Positions 10,400 to 21,419 of a stretch of DNA of 64,000 bases are shown here, one piece after another. Within the stretch, counting starts at the first letter, position 1; every line of letters begins with the position of its first letter. The DNA is taken from the NCBI GenBank assembly GCA_963810095.1, contig CAWEMM010000008.1:113474-177473 (forward strand), in the 5' to 3' direction. The notes beneath the pieces are model-generated. The model did no database searches. It was not told the DNA's origin and worked only from the letters and a program-made list of their open reading frames with translations. Position numbers and translations under genes: made by a program. This stretch comes from an uncultured Chloroflexia bacterium. Lineage in GTDB: Bacteria; Chloroflexota; Anaerolineae; CG2-30-64-16.

Positions 10400-11626
10400 A
10401 TGAGCGACGATGTCGACGGAATGGCGGAGAAGGTTCCGGCGGACGCGTGGCTGAACCGCAACGTGGTCGGCATGGCGCTGGCCAGCTTCTTCAGCGACGC
10501 GGGGCACGAGATGGCGACCGCGGTGCTGCCATTGTTCCTGGTAGCAATCGGCGCACCGGCCGCAGCGCTCGGTGCGATCGAAGGCGTGGCGGACGCCGTC
10601 TCCTCCTTCGTGAAGCTGGGCTCAGGCTGGCTTAGCGACCAACTCGGGCGCCGCAAGCCGATCGCCGTTACGGGGTACGTGCTAACCGGCGTGACGACAG
10701 GATTGTTCGCGCTGACAACTACATGGCCGCAGGTGTTGGTGGTGCGAGCCGCTGGCTGGTTCGGCCGCGGCATGCGCGGTCCAGTGCGCGATGCGATGCT
10801 GGCAGATTCGGTTCCTGATGCGGCGCGCGGTCGGGCCTTCGGCTTCCACCGAGCCGGCGATACACTGGGCGCTATCGTCGGACCGTTGCTCGCCCTGCTC
10901 ATGCTGCGACTGTTGGGCGGGCGCGAGACGCCGGAAACGACCTACCGCCAGATCTTCTGGCTGACTCTCATCCCTGGTCTGCTGGCTGCACTCGCATTCG
11001 CAACCTTAGTGAAGGAACAGCGGCGGACGGGCAACGGCAAGTTCAACCTGTTCCATGCAATCGGACGGCTCCCGACGCCCTTTCGACGATTCCTCCTTGG
11101 GGTAGGGATATTCGGAGCAGGCGACTTCGCACACAGCTTGCTGACACTCCGCGCCGCGACCATGCTGGCGCCGTCGCTCGGCGTAAACCAAGCTGGCCAG
11201 GTCGCAATCGGCCTCTACGCAGTGCACAACATCGTCTACGCTGCGCTGTCTTACCCAATAGGCTCGCTCGGAGACCGCATCGGCAAGCGAGGCCTCCTCG
11301 CCTTTGGCTACAGCCTCGCGGGCGTAATGGCGCTCGGCTGGATCTTCGCCGTGCCCTCAGTCTGGTACCTCGGCGTGTTGTTTGCGCTCGGCGGGGCGTT
11401 CATCGCGGCCGAGGATACGCTCGAAGGCGCGCTGGCCGGAGATCTGCTGCCGGTTGACGTGCGCGGCACGGGCTACGGCGTTCTGGCCACCGTGAACGGC
11501 GCTGGGGACTTCCTGTCGAGCCTGCTCGTCGGCCTGTTGTGGTCGGCCGTGAGCCCTGCCGCCGGCTTTGCTTATGCAGGTGTGCTGGCTCTTATCGGGG
11601 CGACCATCGTGTTTCGAGTGCGATAG
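10400..11626 (+). CDS. MFS transporter
   Basis: GWLSDQLGRRK and GSLGDRIGKR motif A repeats; about 12 hydrophobic segments. Confidence 0.92.
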   Translation: MSDDVDGMAEKVPADAWLNRNVVGMALASFFSDAGHEMATAVLPLFLVAIGAPAAALGAIEGVADAVSSFVKLGSGWLSDQLGRRKPIAVTGYVLTGVTTGLFALTTTWPQVLVVRAAGWFGRGMRGPVRDAMLADSVPDAARGRAFGFHRAGDTLGAIVGPLLALLMLRLLGGRETPETTYRQIFWLTLIPGLLAALAFATLVKEQRRTGNGKFNLFHAIGRLPTPFRRFLLGVGIFGAGDFAHSLLTLRAATMLAPSLGVNQAGQVAIGLYAVHNIVYAALSYPIGSLGDRIGKRGLLAFGYSLAGVMALGWIFAVPSVWYLGVLFALGGAFIAAEDTLEGALAGDLLPVDVRGTGYGVLATVNGAGDFLSSLLVGLLWSAVSPAAGFAYAGVLALIGATIVFRVR

Positions 11627-11679
11627 GCGAGGAGAAACCAGATGGACGCCAAAGGCGGAATGAATTCGGAGGTTGCTTG

Positions 11680-13262
11680 ATGGCCGTCAGCGTGCCAGAG
11701 ACTCGGATCAGCACGTCCAAGACGGCGTTCTGTAGCGTCCTGTTTCTGCGACCCGAGGATAGGACCGAGAGCGAGACGCGCGAGGAGCCGGCCTGCTTCG
11801 GCGATCTGAACCTCGACCAGGTCGTCGATGCCGTGACAATCGGCAAGCAGGGCTATGACCTCAAACGCTTCTACTATACGCCCTTGCACGACGTGGACGC
11901 GATCCAGTACCGCCACGAGGTCATGCAGGACCTCGAACGCCGGACGCTGTTCGAGAAGATCGAGGAGTTCGCGCGCCGGATGCGGACCATGCGCGAGCAT
12001 CTCAAGCAGGCCGAGAAGCTGTATTACAAGCTGCAGAAGCAGCGCTGGTTCCTGGATGCGGTGAATACGTCTATTGCAGCGCCGTCCAGCCGCCTGGCCG
12101 AGGACCTGGCCGCGGAGAATCCGCAGTCGCGCGGGTTTGGAGCCCTGCGCGCCCACCTCGACGCGTACGTAGCCGGCGAACCTTTCCAGGTGCTCGCGGG
12201 CGAACTGCACGAGCTGCTCTCAGGCCTGGCCGGCGTGCGCTATGCGTTCGTGCTCAAGGGCCAGACGGTGAGCGTGCGGAAGTACGAGGAGGAGACCGAC
12301 TACAGCGCCGAAGTGCTGCGGACTTTCGAGCGGTTCAAGCAGGGCGCGGTCAAGGAGTACCTGGCCGAATTTCGCGAGCCAGTGGACATGAACCACGTCG
12401 AAGCACAGGTGCTCGAGTTGGTCGCCCGGCTCTACTCTGACCTCTTTGGTCGCATCGAGAGTTACTGCACCCGGCACGTCGATTTTATCGACGAGGTGCT
12501 TGGCGTCTTCGACCGCGAGGTGCAGTTCTATATCGGGTACATCGACTTCATGCGGTCGTTGCAGCGGCGGGGCTTGCGGTTCTGCTACCCGGTCGTGTCG
12601 GCTGACAGCAAGGCTGTATCCAGCCGTGAAGGGTTCGACGTGGCGCTTGCGCGCAAGCTGGCGGGCGAAGAAGCGAACGTGGTCTGCAACGACTTCAGCA
12701 TGCAGGGGGTGGAGCGGGTATTCGTGGTATCGGGGCCGAACCAGGGTGGGAAGACCACGTTTGCCGCGGGCTTTCGGCCAGCTGCACTACCTCGCCAGCA
12801 TCGGCTGTCCCGTGCCGGGCCGAGAAGCCCACCTCTACCTGTTCGATCAGCTCTTGACGCACTTCGAACAGGAGGAGAACCTCACTAACCTGCGCGGCAA
12901 ACTGGAAGACGAACTGGTGCGCATCCATGAAATCCTCCAAGCGGCGACGCCGCGCAGCATCGTGATCATGAACGAGATCTTCACGTCGACGACGCTGCAG
13001 GACGCGGTCTTCCTGGGCGAGCGGGTCATGCAGCGCATCCTCGACCTGGATCTCCTGTGCGTCTGCGTGACCTTCATCGACGAGCTGGCTGCGCTGAGCG
13101 ACAAGATCGTCAGCATGGTCAGCACCGTGACGCCGGAGAACCCGAGCATGCGGACCTACAAGATCGTGCGGCGGCGGGCCGACGGGCTCGCGTACGCGAT
13201 TTCGATCGCCGAAAAGCATCGCTTGACCTACGAAGCGTTGAAGGAGCGCCTCGCGACCGTGA
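11680..13262 (+). CDS. MutS-like ATPase A (domain V only, no mismatch-binding domain); frameshift near 12765
   Basis: FGDLNLDQ, Walker [14 protein letters not shown]…LRGKL, MNEIF, ADGLAYA. Confidence 0.8.
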
Positions 13263-14780
13263 AAGCCTTCCTGATGTATCCGCAGCGGGATTTCGACGTG
13301 AAGCAGGCGTTGCCGCCGAATGCAGAAGCCCTGGTGCAGGACCTCGAGCTCAGCACCTTGTTCGCCGCGATGGCGCACGGCGACAAGTTCCTGTTCGAGG
13401 TGGCCCGGGTTGCCGTTTTGTCCGGCGCGGACGCCGACGTGCGCACGATCCTGTATCGGCAGGGCGTGCTCAAAGACTGCCTGAACCATGCGGCGCTCAT
13501 TCGGCAGATCTACGACTTGGCTGTGGACACCATCGAACGCGAGAAGCATGTGTGGTGGGGCGCATTCGGGAGAATGCCGGACACAATACTGCACCGGTCG
13601 GTCGAAGTGCTTGAGCTATTCGTCGGCGTGCTCAAGACGTTGAGGCGGATCGCCGACGAGCATGTTTCAGGCTTCGAGTCGGAGGGCTTCAAGGCGTTCT
13701 TCGCCATGCTCCAGCGGGAGCTCGACGACGTGTTCTTTGCCGAGGTCCAGCAGCACGTGCGCAATCTCAAGTTTCGCGACGGCATCCTGGTCAGCGCGCA
13801 GCTCGGCCAGGGCAACCGGGGGGTGGACTACGTGCTGCGAAAGCCGAACCGCAAGCAAGGCAACTGGTTCCAGCAGGCATTGGGGCCGCGGCCGACCGCC
13901 TATTCCTTCCGTATCGCGGATCGGGACGACAACGGTGCGCGGGCCCTCTCCGAGTTGCGGGACCGGGGCGTCAACCTGGTGGCAAACGCGGCCGCCCAGT
14001 CATGCGACCACATCCTTTCGTTCCTCACGCTGCTGCGCACCGAGCTCGCCTTCTACGTGGGTTGTCTGAACCTGCACGACCGGCTACAGGAGAAAGCCAC
14101 GGCAACGTCCTTCCCGGTTCCCTTGCCGCCGACGGAGTGCCGGCACACGGCGCGCGGGCTGTACGACGTTTGCCTGGCACTCGTCGTCGACCAGCCGGTG
14201 GTGGATAACGACCTGGACGCTGACGGCAAGAACCTTGTCGTCATCACCGGCGCGAACCAGGGGGGCAAGTCTACCTTCCTGCGGGCCATTGGCCTGGCCC
14301 AGACGATGATGCAGTGCGGCATGTTCGTGCCGGCCGAGGCGCTGACAGCGAACGTCGCGGATCGCGTCTTCACGCACTATAAGCGCGAGGAAGATGAGAG
14401 CATGAAAAGCGGCAAACTCGACGAGGAGTTGGGCCGGATGAGCGAGATCGTGGACCACATGACCCCGGATTCCCTGCTGTTGCTAAACGAGTCGTTTGCC
14501 GCTACGAACGAGCGGGAGGGATCGGAGATCGCGAGGCAGATCGTCACCGCACTGCTGGAGCGCGGGATCAAGCTCTTCTACGTGACGCACCTATACACAT
14601 TCGCCCGCGCGATGTATGATAAGAATCTATCTCATGCCCTGTTCTTGCAGGCCGAACGGCGCGAGGACGGCGAGCGCACGTTCAAGCTGGTTGCCGGTAC
14701 GCCATCGCAAACGAGCTTCGGCCCGGACCTGTACGAGAAGGTTTTTGCACGGGACGGCTCGGTCGGCCGAGGTTTCGTAG
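13259..14780 (+). CDS. MutS-like ATPase B (3' boundary uncertain; reads in frame into the next gene)
   Basis: KAFLMY..RDFD start after [39 protein letters not shown]. Confidence 0.8.
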
Positions 14781-14797
14781 ACGCCGGAGTATCGCCC

Positions 14798-16486
14798 TTG
14801 GAAACCATTGTCACGGTCCTTCGGGACGGCAAGCCGACAAACATCGGAGAGGACGCGCTGCGCAAGGGAGACACCTTGCTCCTCCAGGCGGGCGAACTCG
14901 TCGCGGCCGATCTGAAGCTGGTCGGGGCCAGGGGCCTGGAAGTCGACGAATGGGACCTGACCGGCGAGATCGTGCCCGTTGCGAAGCGCGTCGACGGACA
15001 CGAGGACGTCTTCGTTTACCGCGGCAGCCGGGTGACACGCGGGAATGGCAGCGGCGTGGTCACGGCCGTCGGGGAAGCGACAGAGTACGCCCAGTGCGTG
15101 AAGCAGTCCTGGGAGCGCACGCGTTATCGCCGGCCGTCGGCTCCTCACCCGGGGCTCCTTCGTCGTGTTGGCCCTCCTGGCGCCGCCCTTTGCCATGGCC
15201 GCGGTGCGGCACGAGAACGGGATCTTGCTGGGGCTCCTCGCCGCCGCCTTGGCCGTCCTCGCTGTCGTTCTTGAGAACAGCGCGCTGTTCGACTATGCGG
15301 TGACCGGGAAGGAAGTCAGCCGGATCGAGCAACAGGGCATTCAGATGCGTGACGTTGGTGCACTTGAAGTGATGGAGCGCCTGAATGTCCTGTGCGTGGA
15401 CAAGACCGGCGTCCTGACGACCCGCGACCTGAAGGTGAAGGAGATCTACCTGGCAGATGGTCCCTGCGAGCTGGCGGTACTTTGGCACCAACGAGGAGCC
15501 GGCCACGCTGGTCCGCACCGGCTGCGCGCTCTGCAACGACGTAATGTATGCCGAGAAAGCGAGCCTGGCCGCGCCGATCGATCGGGCCCTCATCGCGTTC
15601 GCGCGGGCCAGCGGGACCGACATCGCGGACGCGCACCAGACCTATCACAGGGTGTACGACAAGCCGTTCGATTCCGAGGAGCGCTACATGGCCTGTGGCT
15701 TCGAATCTGGCGAGAAGACCGTGTTCTTTGCCAAGGGCGACCCGGACGTCGTGCTGAAAATGTGCGGCACGTACAGCACGCCCTCGGGCAGTCAGCAGAA
15801 GCTAGACTTGCCTTTCTGGATATCCACGCGAACTCATGCCGAATCGATCAGCAAGGCGGGCGACGTGGTCATGGCGCTGGCCTACGGCGTCGGGGGATCG
15901 GCGACACCTCCGCTGCACTACACGTTTCTCTGCCTGATCCAGCTCGAGAATCCGCTTCAGCCAAACGTGCCCGGCACGCTGCGCGAGCTCAGGGGGAGGG
16001 CATCCGTACTGTGATGCTGACCGGCGATAGGACAGAGACCGCGTCAAAATCGCGGTCGCGGCCGGCATTGCCTCGGACGAGAGGCTGTGTCTGACCGGCC
16101 GGCTGATGGCGCACATGGGCGCGTTTGATATCCGCGAGCAGGCAACCTTCATCCCCATCTTTGCGCGGCTCCTGCCATCACAAAAGGCGCTCATCGTCAG
16201 GCTATTGCAGCAGAAGAACAAGGTCGTGGCCATGGTGGGTGACGGGGCAAACGACACACTGGCGTTGAAGGCGGCGGACGTCGGCATGGCCTTTGGCAGC
16301 GACGCGTCGCCCATGGCGAAGCGGGTAGCCCCCATCCTCATCAACGACCTGGCCGATCTGGTTACGCTTGTTGAAGGCGGCAGGCGCATTCACGAGCGCC
16401 TGGGTGAACTGGCCATGTTCCGGGTCGCGCTGCTGATCGTGATGTTCCTGGGGCTGTATGGGTGGGTATATAGCTTGTTGAGATAG
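14798..16486 (+). CDS. shortened P-type ATPase (A, P and N domains, about 3 TM); several frameshifts
   Basis: LTGE (14960), DKTGVLT (15399), KGDPD, MLTGD, GDGAND motifs; possible TTG start after GGAG. Confidence 0.72.
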
Positions 16487-16524
16487 GACAAGAGCCGGGA
16501 GTGGAAGCGGGTGAACCTCAATAG

Positions 16525-17645
16525 TCAGCTATTGCCAAGCAGTAGTATGAGCGCCTCTCTCCGTAAGGCCAGCCGAACCGGCTCGCCTGCCTCCAGGCTA
16601 AGCGGCGTGTAGCTATACGGCGGGTGTGACACCTCGATCTGGTGCCCGTTCGGCAGCAGCACCTTCAGGCGCCGGGCGCCAGGCCGCAGGTAGCTCTCGA
16701 TGATCCGTCCGGTCACCACGTTGTGCCGAACGGTCTCCGACAGCGGTCGATCCACGTAGAGCACCTTGACGTCTTCGGGACGGATGTAAGCTGTCACGGT
16801 GCTGCCCGGCTCAACCTCCTGCGGCGGCGCAGTAAGGGACATGCCGTCCCAGTCGAGAGTCAGACCGCCTGCCTCCGCCGCGACCACTTGCGCACGGAAT
16901 ACGTTCGCGATCCCCATGATTTGGGCCACGTCGGCGTTGGCGGGATACCGAAAGACCTCGTCGATGGGGCCGACCTGTTTGACCTCGCCGTCGCGCATGA
17001 TGGCCAGGCGCCGCCCCACTGCAAAGGCGTCTTCGAGACGGTGCGTTACGTACACGACAGGCAAACGCAGTTCGCGCTGCAGCGCGACAAGGTCCAGCTG
17101 GAGGCGATGGCGTGCGGCGACATCAAGGGCCGAAAAGGGCTCGTCCAGGAGGAGAACACGAGGTGCTGCCGCCAGGGCGCGGGCAATTGCGATGCGCTGT
17201 TGCTGCCCCCCGAAAGTCGCTCGGGGTAGCGATCCGCCAGGTGAGGGATGCCCATGCGATCCAGCAGCTCAGCAGCGCGCTTCCGCCCTTCCCGACCTTG
17301 CAATGGGTAAGCTACATTCTCAAGTGCGGTGAGGTGCGGAAATAGTGCATAGTGTTGAAATACATAGCCCAAGCGCCGAGCGTGGGCGGGGAGGTTCACC
17401 GTCGGGGTTCCAGCCTCTCGCTGGAAGAGTATCTGTCCGCCCAGGGTGATCCGGCCCCGCTCGGGAACGATCAACCCGGCGATGGCGTTCAGGGTTGTCG
17501 TCTTGCCCGACCCGGAAGGGCCGAACAACACGAGGACCTCGGCGTCTACCTGCAAATGCACGTGCAACTCAAAGTTCAACTGCCGGACGGAGAACCCAGC
17601 GTAGAGACAAGGAGTCGGGCAAGGGTCCGAAACGTTGTCCATCAT
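16525..17645 (-). CDS. modC: molybdate ABC transporter ATPase with TOBE domain; frameshift near 17205
   Basis: GPSGSGKT, FQHYALFPH, LSGG, VTH. Confidence 0.85.
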
Positions 17646-17646
17646 G

Positions 17647-18325
17647 CTAACCTTGCTCGGCTGGGTCCAAGGCAACAGGGGCCCGCCTGGGCTGTTCGAA
17701 CCGGCGCACCGCCCACAGACTTAGGAAGGCTAGCGCGGTCATCAGCACCACCATCGCGTTGGCCTGGTCATACTGGCGGTTCTGCACGGCGTCGTAGACC
17801 GCGAGCGGCAAGGTCTGTGTGCGGCCGGGAATGTTCCCGGCAACCATGAGGGTGGCGCCGAACTCGCCGAAGGCGCGCGTCGCGGCCAGTACCAGCCCGG
17901 CGAGGATACCGCGGCGTGCGAGCGGCAGCGTCACGCGGCGCAATAGCGCGAGCTCGGAGGAGCCCAACGTGCGAGCAGCCTGCTCGAGCGCCGGGTCCAC
18001 TCCCGCGATGGCGGCACGCGCGGCCTGCACGAGCAGCGGCAGCCCGACGATCGCCGACGCCAGGGCCGCCGCGGGCCAGGTGAACAGGATGCGCCAGCCA
18101 AACCACTCCACCACCGGACTGCCGCGGCCCAAGAGCAAGCAGCAGGTAATAACCGACGACGGAGGGCGGCAGAATCAATGGGAGCATGATGACGGCCTCT
18201 ACGATCGTGGCGCCTCGGAACTTCTTGCGCGCCAACAACAGGGCGAGGGGAAGTCCACCGACGATCATCAGGACGGTCGCAACGGCCGTAACCTGGAGCG
18301 ATAACAGCAGTGGGTGCCAGCTCAT
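17647..18325 (-). CDS. modB: molybdate ABC transporter permease; frameshift near 18135
   Basis: LPLILPPSVVGYYLL, AARTLG, FGEFGATLMVAGNIPGRTQTLPL. Confidence 0.92.
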
Positions 18326-19159
18326 TGCACGGGCGCCTCGCCGGGTAAGATAAAGCCGTACTTGCGCATGATCAGCCGTCCTTGAGGTCCGTTCACGAAC
18401 TCGGCAAACGTGCGGCGCCGCAGCCTCGTGCGGCGTGCCCTTAATGACTGCCAGCGCCTGGTCGATCGGCGGATGCAGCTCTTGCGGAATGAGCGTGTAG
18501 CGACCGGGAGCTCCCTGGGCGGCTGCCGGGATGCTTAACGACAGGGCGACGATCGCTACCTCCACGTTGCCGGTTTCGGCGTACTGCAGGGTCTGACTGA
18601 CATTCTCGCCGAGCACCAGCTTGGGCTGCACTGCGTCCCAGATGCCTGCCGACTGCATGGCCTGGCGCGCGGCGACACCGTAAGGCGCGTGGTCCGGGTT
18701 GGCAATCGCGACGTGGACGATCTCGGGGCGTGTCAGGTCCTCCAGCTGGGTGACCTCCAGCGGGCTATCGGCACGGCTCCAGAGCGCGATGCGACCTCGC
18801 GTGTACAGATGTTTCGTGTCCGGTAGGATCAGATCCTGCTTTTCCAGGTCATCGATGTAGCTCTGGTTCGCGGCCGCAAATACGTCAACGGGTGCGCCCT
18901 TCTCGATCTGCTGCGCGAGCTGCCCGGTCGAGCCGAAGTTGAACACGACCTTGTTCCCGGTGTCGGCCTCGAACTGCTTACCAATCTCGCCGAAGGCGTA
19001 AGTCAGGTCGGCAGCAGCGGACACGGTGAGGGTGACCGGTTGCTGCTGAGCCGGCGCACGGGAAGCGGCTGGCAGCCGGCCAGGACCAGGCAGGCCAGTA
19101 TCAGTAGGGGAAAGCGCGGTAGACCCGGCACGCTGCGAGAGTCGGGTGTGGCGTATCAT
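18322..19159 (-). CDS. modA: molybdate-binding protein; frameshift near 18410
   Basis: VSAAADL, FGSTGQLAQQI, ANPDHAPYG, GENV. Confidence 0.9.
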
Positions 19160-19708
19160 GGAGCTTCCGTTGTGTGTGGGGAGCAGCGGGAAACCGCCAG
19201 GCGGCGAAACTCATCGAGCGCATCCAGGGTCGCCTGGACCTGCGCCTCGCGCAAGTGATGAACCAGGGCGACCACGTCGTTCTCGAAATGTCTGCTGCTG
19301 TGCCTGATTGAGCCAGTCGCCAAGCGCACGCTTTTGCGCGTCAATGAGTCTCGACTGCTTCGGACGGGTCCCGGCGCAGTGCCATCCAGACCCTGGCCAG
19401 GAGTGCGGTTCGCAGGTTACGCGGCCGGACTTCGGGGGTGCGAATCCACTGCTCAAAAGCCGCGCGGCCGCTGTTCGGTCGGTTCAAACATGTCCGTGCC
19501 GGCCCCTTCGATTGCTCTTCGGCCAACTCGACGATGAAGGCCTTCTGCTTGAGCTTGCCCAGCAGGAAGTAAATCTCGCTGCGCTCAATCCGCCAGATCG
19601 CGCGCAGAGCTGCATCCGCTTGCACGAAACGCGAAGCTCGTAGCCGTGGATCGGGCGTTCGCACAGCAGCCCCAGGATGATGTTCTCACTTGGCCAATCA
19701 GCATGCAC
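19156..19708 (-). CDS. PadR family transcriptional regulator (frameshifted)
   Basis: IILGLLCERPIHGYEL…IWRIERSEIYFLLGKL winged helix across frames. Confidence 0.75.
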
Positions 19709-19768
19709 AGAGGACGCTCCGAACCAATGGTGGAGAGACTATTCAGAATCTAACCACGACTCGGTTGC

Positions 19769-19797
19769 AGTATAGGGCTTGTCATTGTGCATGTCAA
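19769..19797 (-). promoter_or_regulatory. sigma70 promoter of padR-modABC
   Basis: TTGACA-17-TATACT on the minus strand. Confidence 0.7.
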
Positions 19798-21419
19798 TTG
19801 TGACGGACAACGCGGAAGAGGATGCAAGAGGTGACAGAGAAAGGACCGGCGGGAGAACGGTCGCCGGGGGTCCTGGCTGCCCAGGCGCCCACGCGACCCC
19901 GGCACAGTGGAGGCGCTGCGGGCTGTGCCGTCAGGTACGTCCAGCGTCCACGCTCCAAGACGCTCGAGCAGGCCCTCAATCGATCCGCCCGAAAGCCTGC
20001 CCAGGCCTCGACGGCGGACCGCGCGACGTCCTCCGAAACGGGTGCGGCACTGTAGCGCGCTTGCATATAGGCGTCCGTAATCGTAGCCAGCGCGGCGCCT
20101 TGCTCCGGATGCGCAGCGCTCAGGCTCGCCAGGTACTCCAGCGGCGTGACGCCGGGCGGCGACCGCCCGCCCCGTCAGCAGCCCATGCCAGCAACGCCTG
20201 GTAGACCCGCCGGACCTGCGCGGCGGGATCGTCTCCGACGACGGACGCGAAGGGCGGGGGCGCCTCAGTGCGTTTTCGGCCTTTAAGCAGGTTGCCCAGC
20301 TGCGCGTGGAGCAGGTCGAGTGAGAGCACGCTCTCGCGCTGCTCTTCGACATCCTCCTCGCTGTAGGTGCGAAAACGGCGGAACGCCAGGGCGAACAAGA
20401 AAAAGACGAGCGCCGCAACGAGTGCGGCCCCGACTACGCGGAAGATAAGGTAGGCGGTCGGCGACAGGCCGGCCGGCTGTTGCTGTAGATCACCAAACTG
20501 GTCGGCCAGGCTCGGGGGTGTCTGGATGTTGACATCCGATAGGGTGAGCGGCCGGAAGTGAAGGACCAGGCCGACGAGGCCGCCTACTTTGAACACGACC
20601 CAGGCGATGGCAAGGATAACCCAATAGAGGATTCGTGCGACTATGTCGAGCACGCCGGACAGCGCGGCCATAAGCTTGCTGACGGCCGAGGGCGTAAAGA
20701 GCTGCGCCAGCAGCAGGCCGCTCACTAACAAGGCTGCGATGACCACGACCACGGTGACAGCCCAATAGCGTGTCAGGCGGAAGGCTGATGGGTCGGGCGC
20801 CCCTTGAGCGCGCGCGGTGCTGCGCAAGCTGGCGATGGCGAGGCTTGCGAGCCCCAAGGCAAAGAACGCCAGGATGGGCGACAGCATGGCGCCCAGGCCT
20901 ACGGGATCAAGCGCATAGTGCCAGATTGCCGCTCCGCCCAGGGCAAAGACGCCCAACGCGAAGTTGGCCGCATAGGTATCGTAGCCGGGGGTATCGCGGC
21001 CCGCAAGCAAGCCCCACCACCACAGCCACGCTGCGAAGATGACGATCACAATGGCCTCGAGCGGCTGGTTTGCGAGCGAGAATAACCAGGCGCGGCTCCA
21101 GAGCGGGAAGCGCGCCGCTGCCGAGCGCCGCGTAGAGGGTGAGGGCGATCGCGAGCAGGCCGGCGCACGCGACAAGCAGCTGGCCTTGGCGCTCCGAGCG
21201 AATCCGGAAGGCGGCGGTCTCGGCTGCGGCTGTACTCAGAGCCAGGAGCGCAAGGATGATGGGGAAGCCGATCAGCTCACCGTGGCCAGGACCCCGGACG
21301 GATGCACTAAGGACGAAGAGCAGGGCATAGACCCAGACGGCTCGCATGCCGGCAAGGAGATACGGCAGAAGGCCGTTGTCGATCGGGTGCCACTTGCGAT
21401 CATGCAGGTCGAGACGCAT
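19794..21419 (-). CDS. polytopic membrane protein with C-terminal DUF4129-like domain (frameshifted, 3' end uncertain)
   Basis: Many TM segments then VRRVYQALL…TPLEY…ITDAYMQARY. Confidence 0.7.

Noticed and set aside
17768-19159. Apparent ModA-ModB fusion ORF (463 aa)
   Set aside because: A shift near 18410 explains it; a normal ModA end with an ATGA overlap exists at 18322-18325
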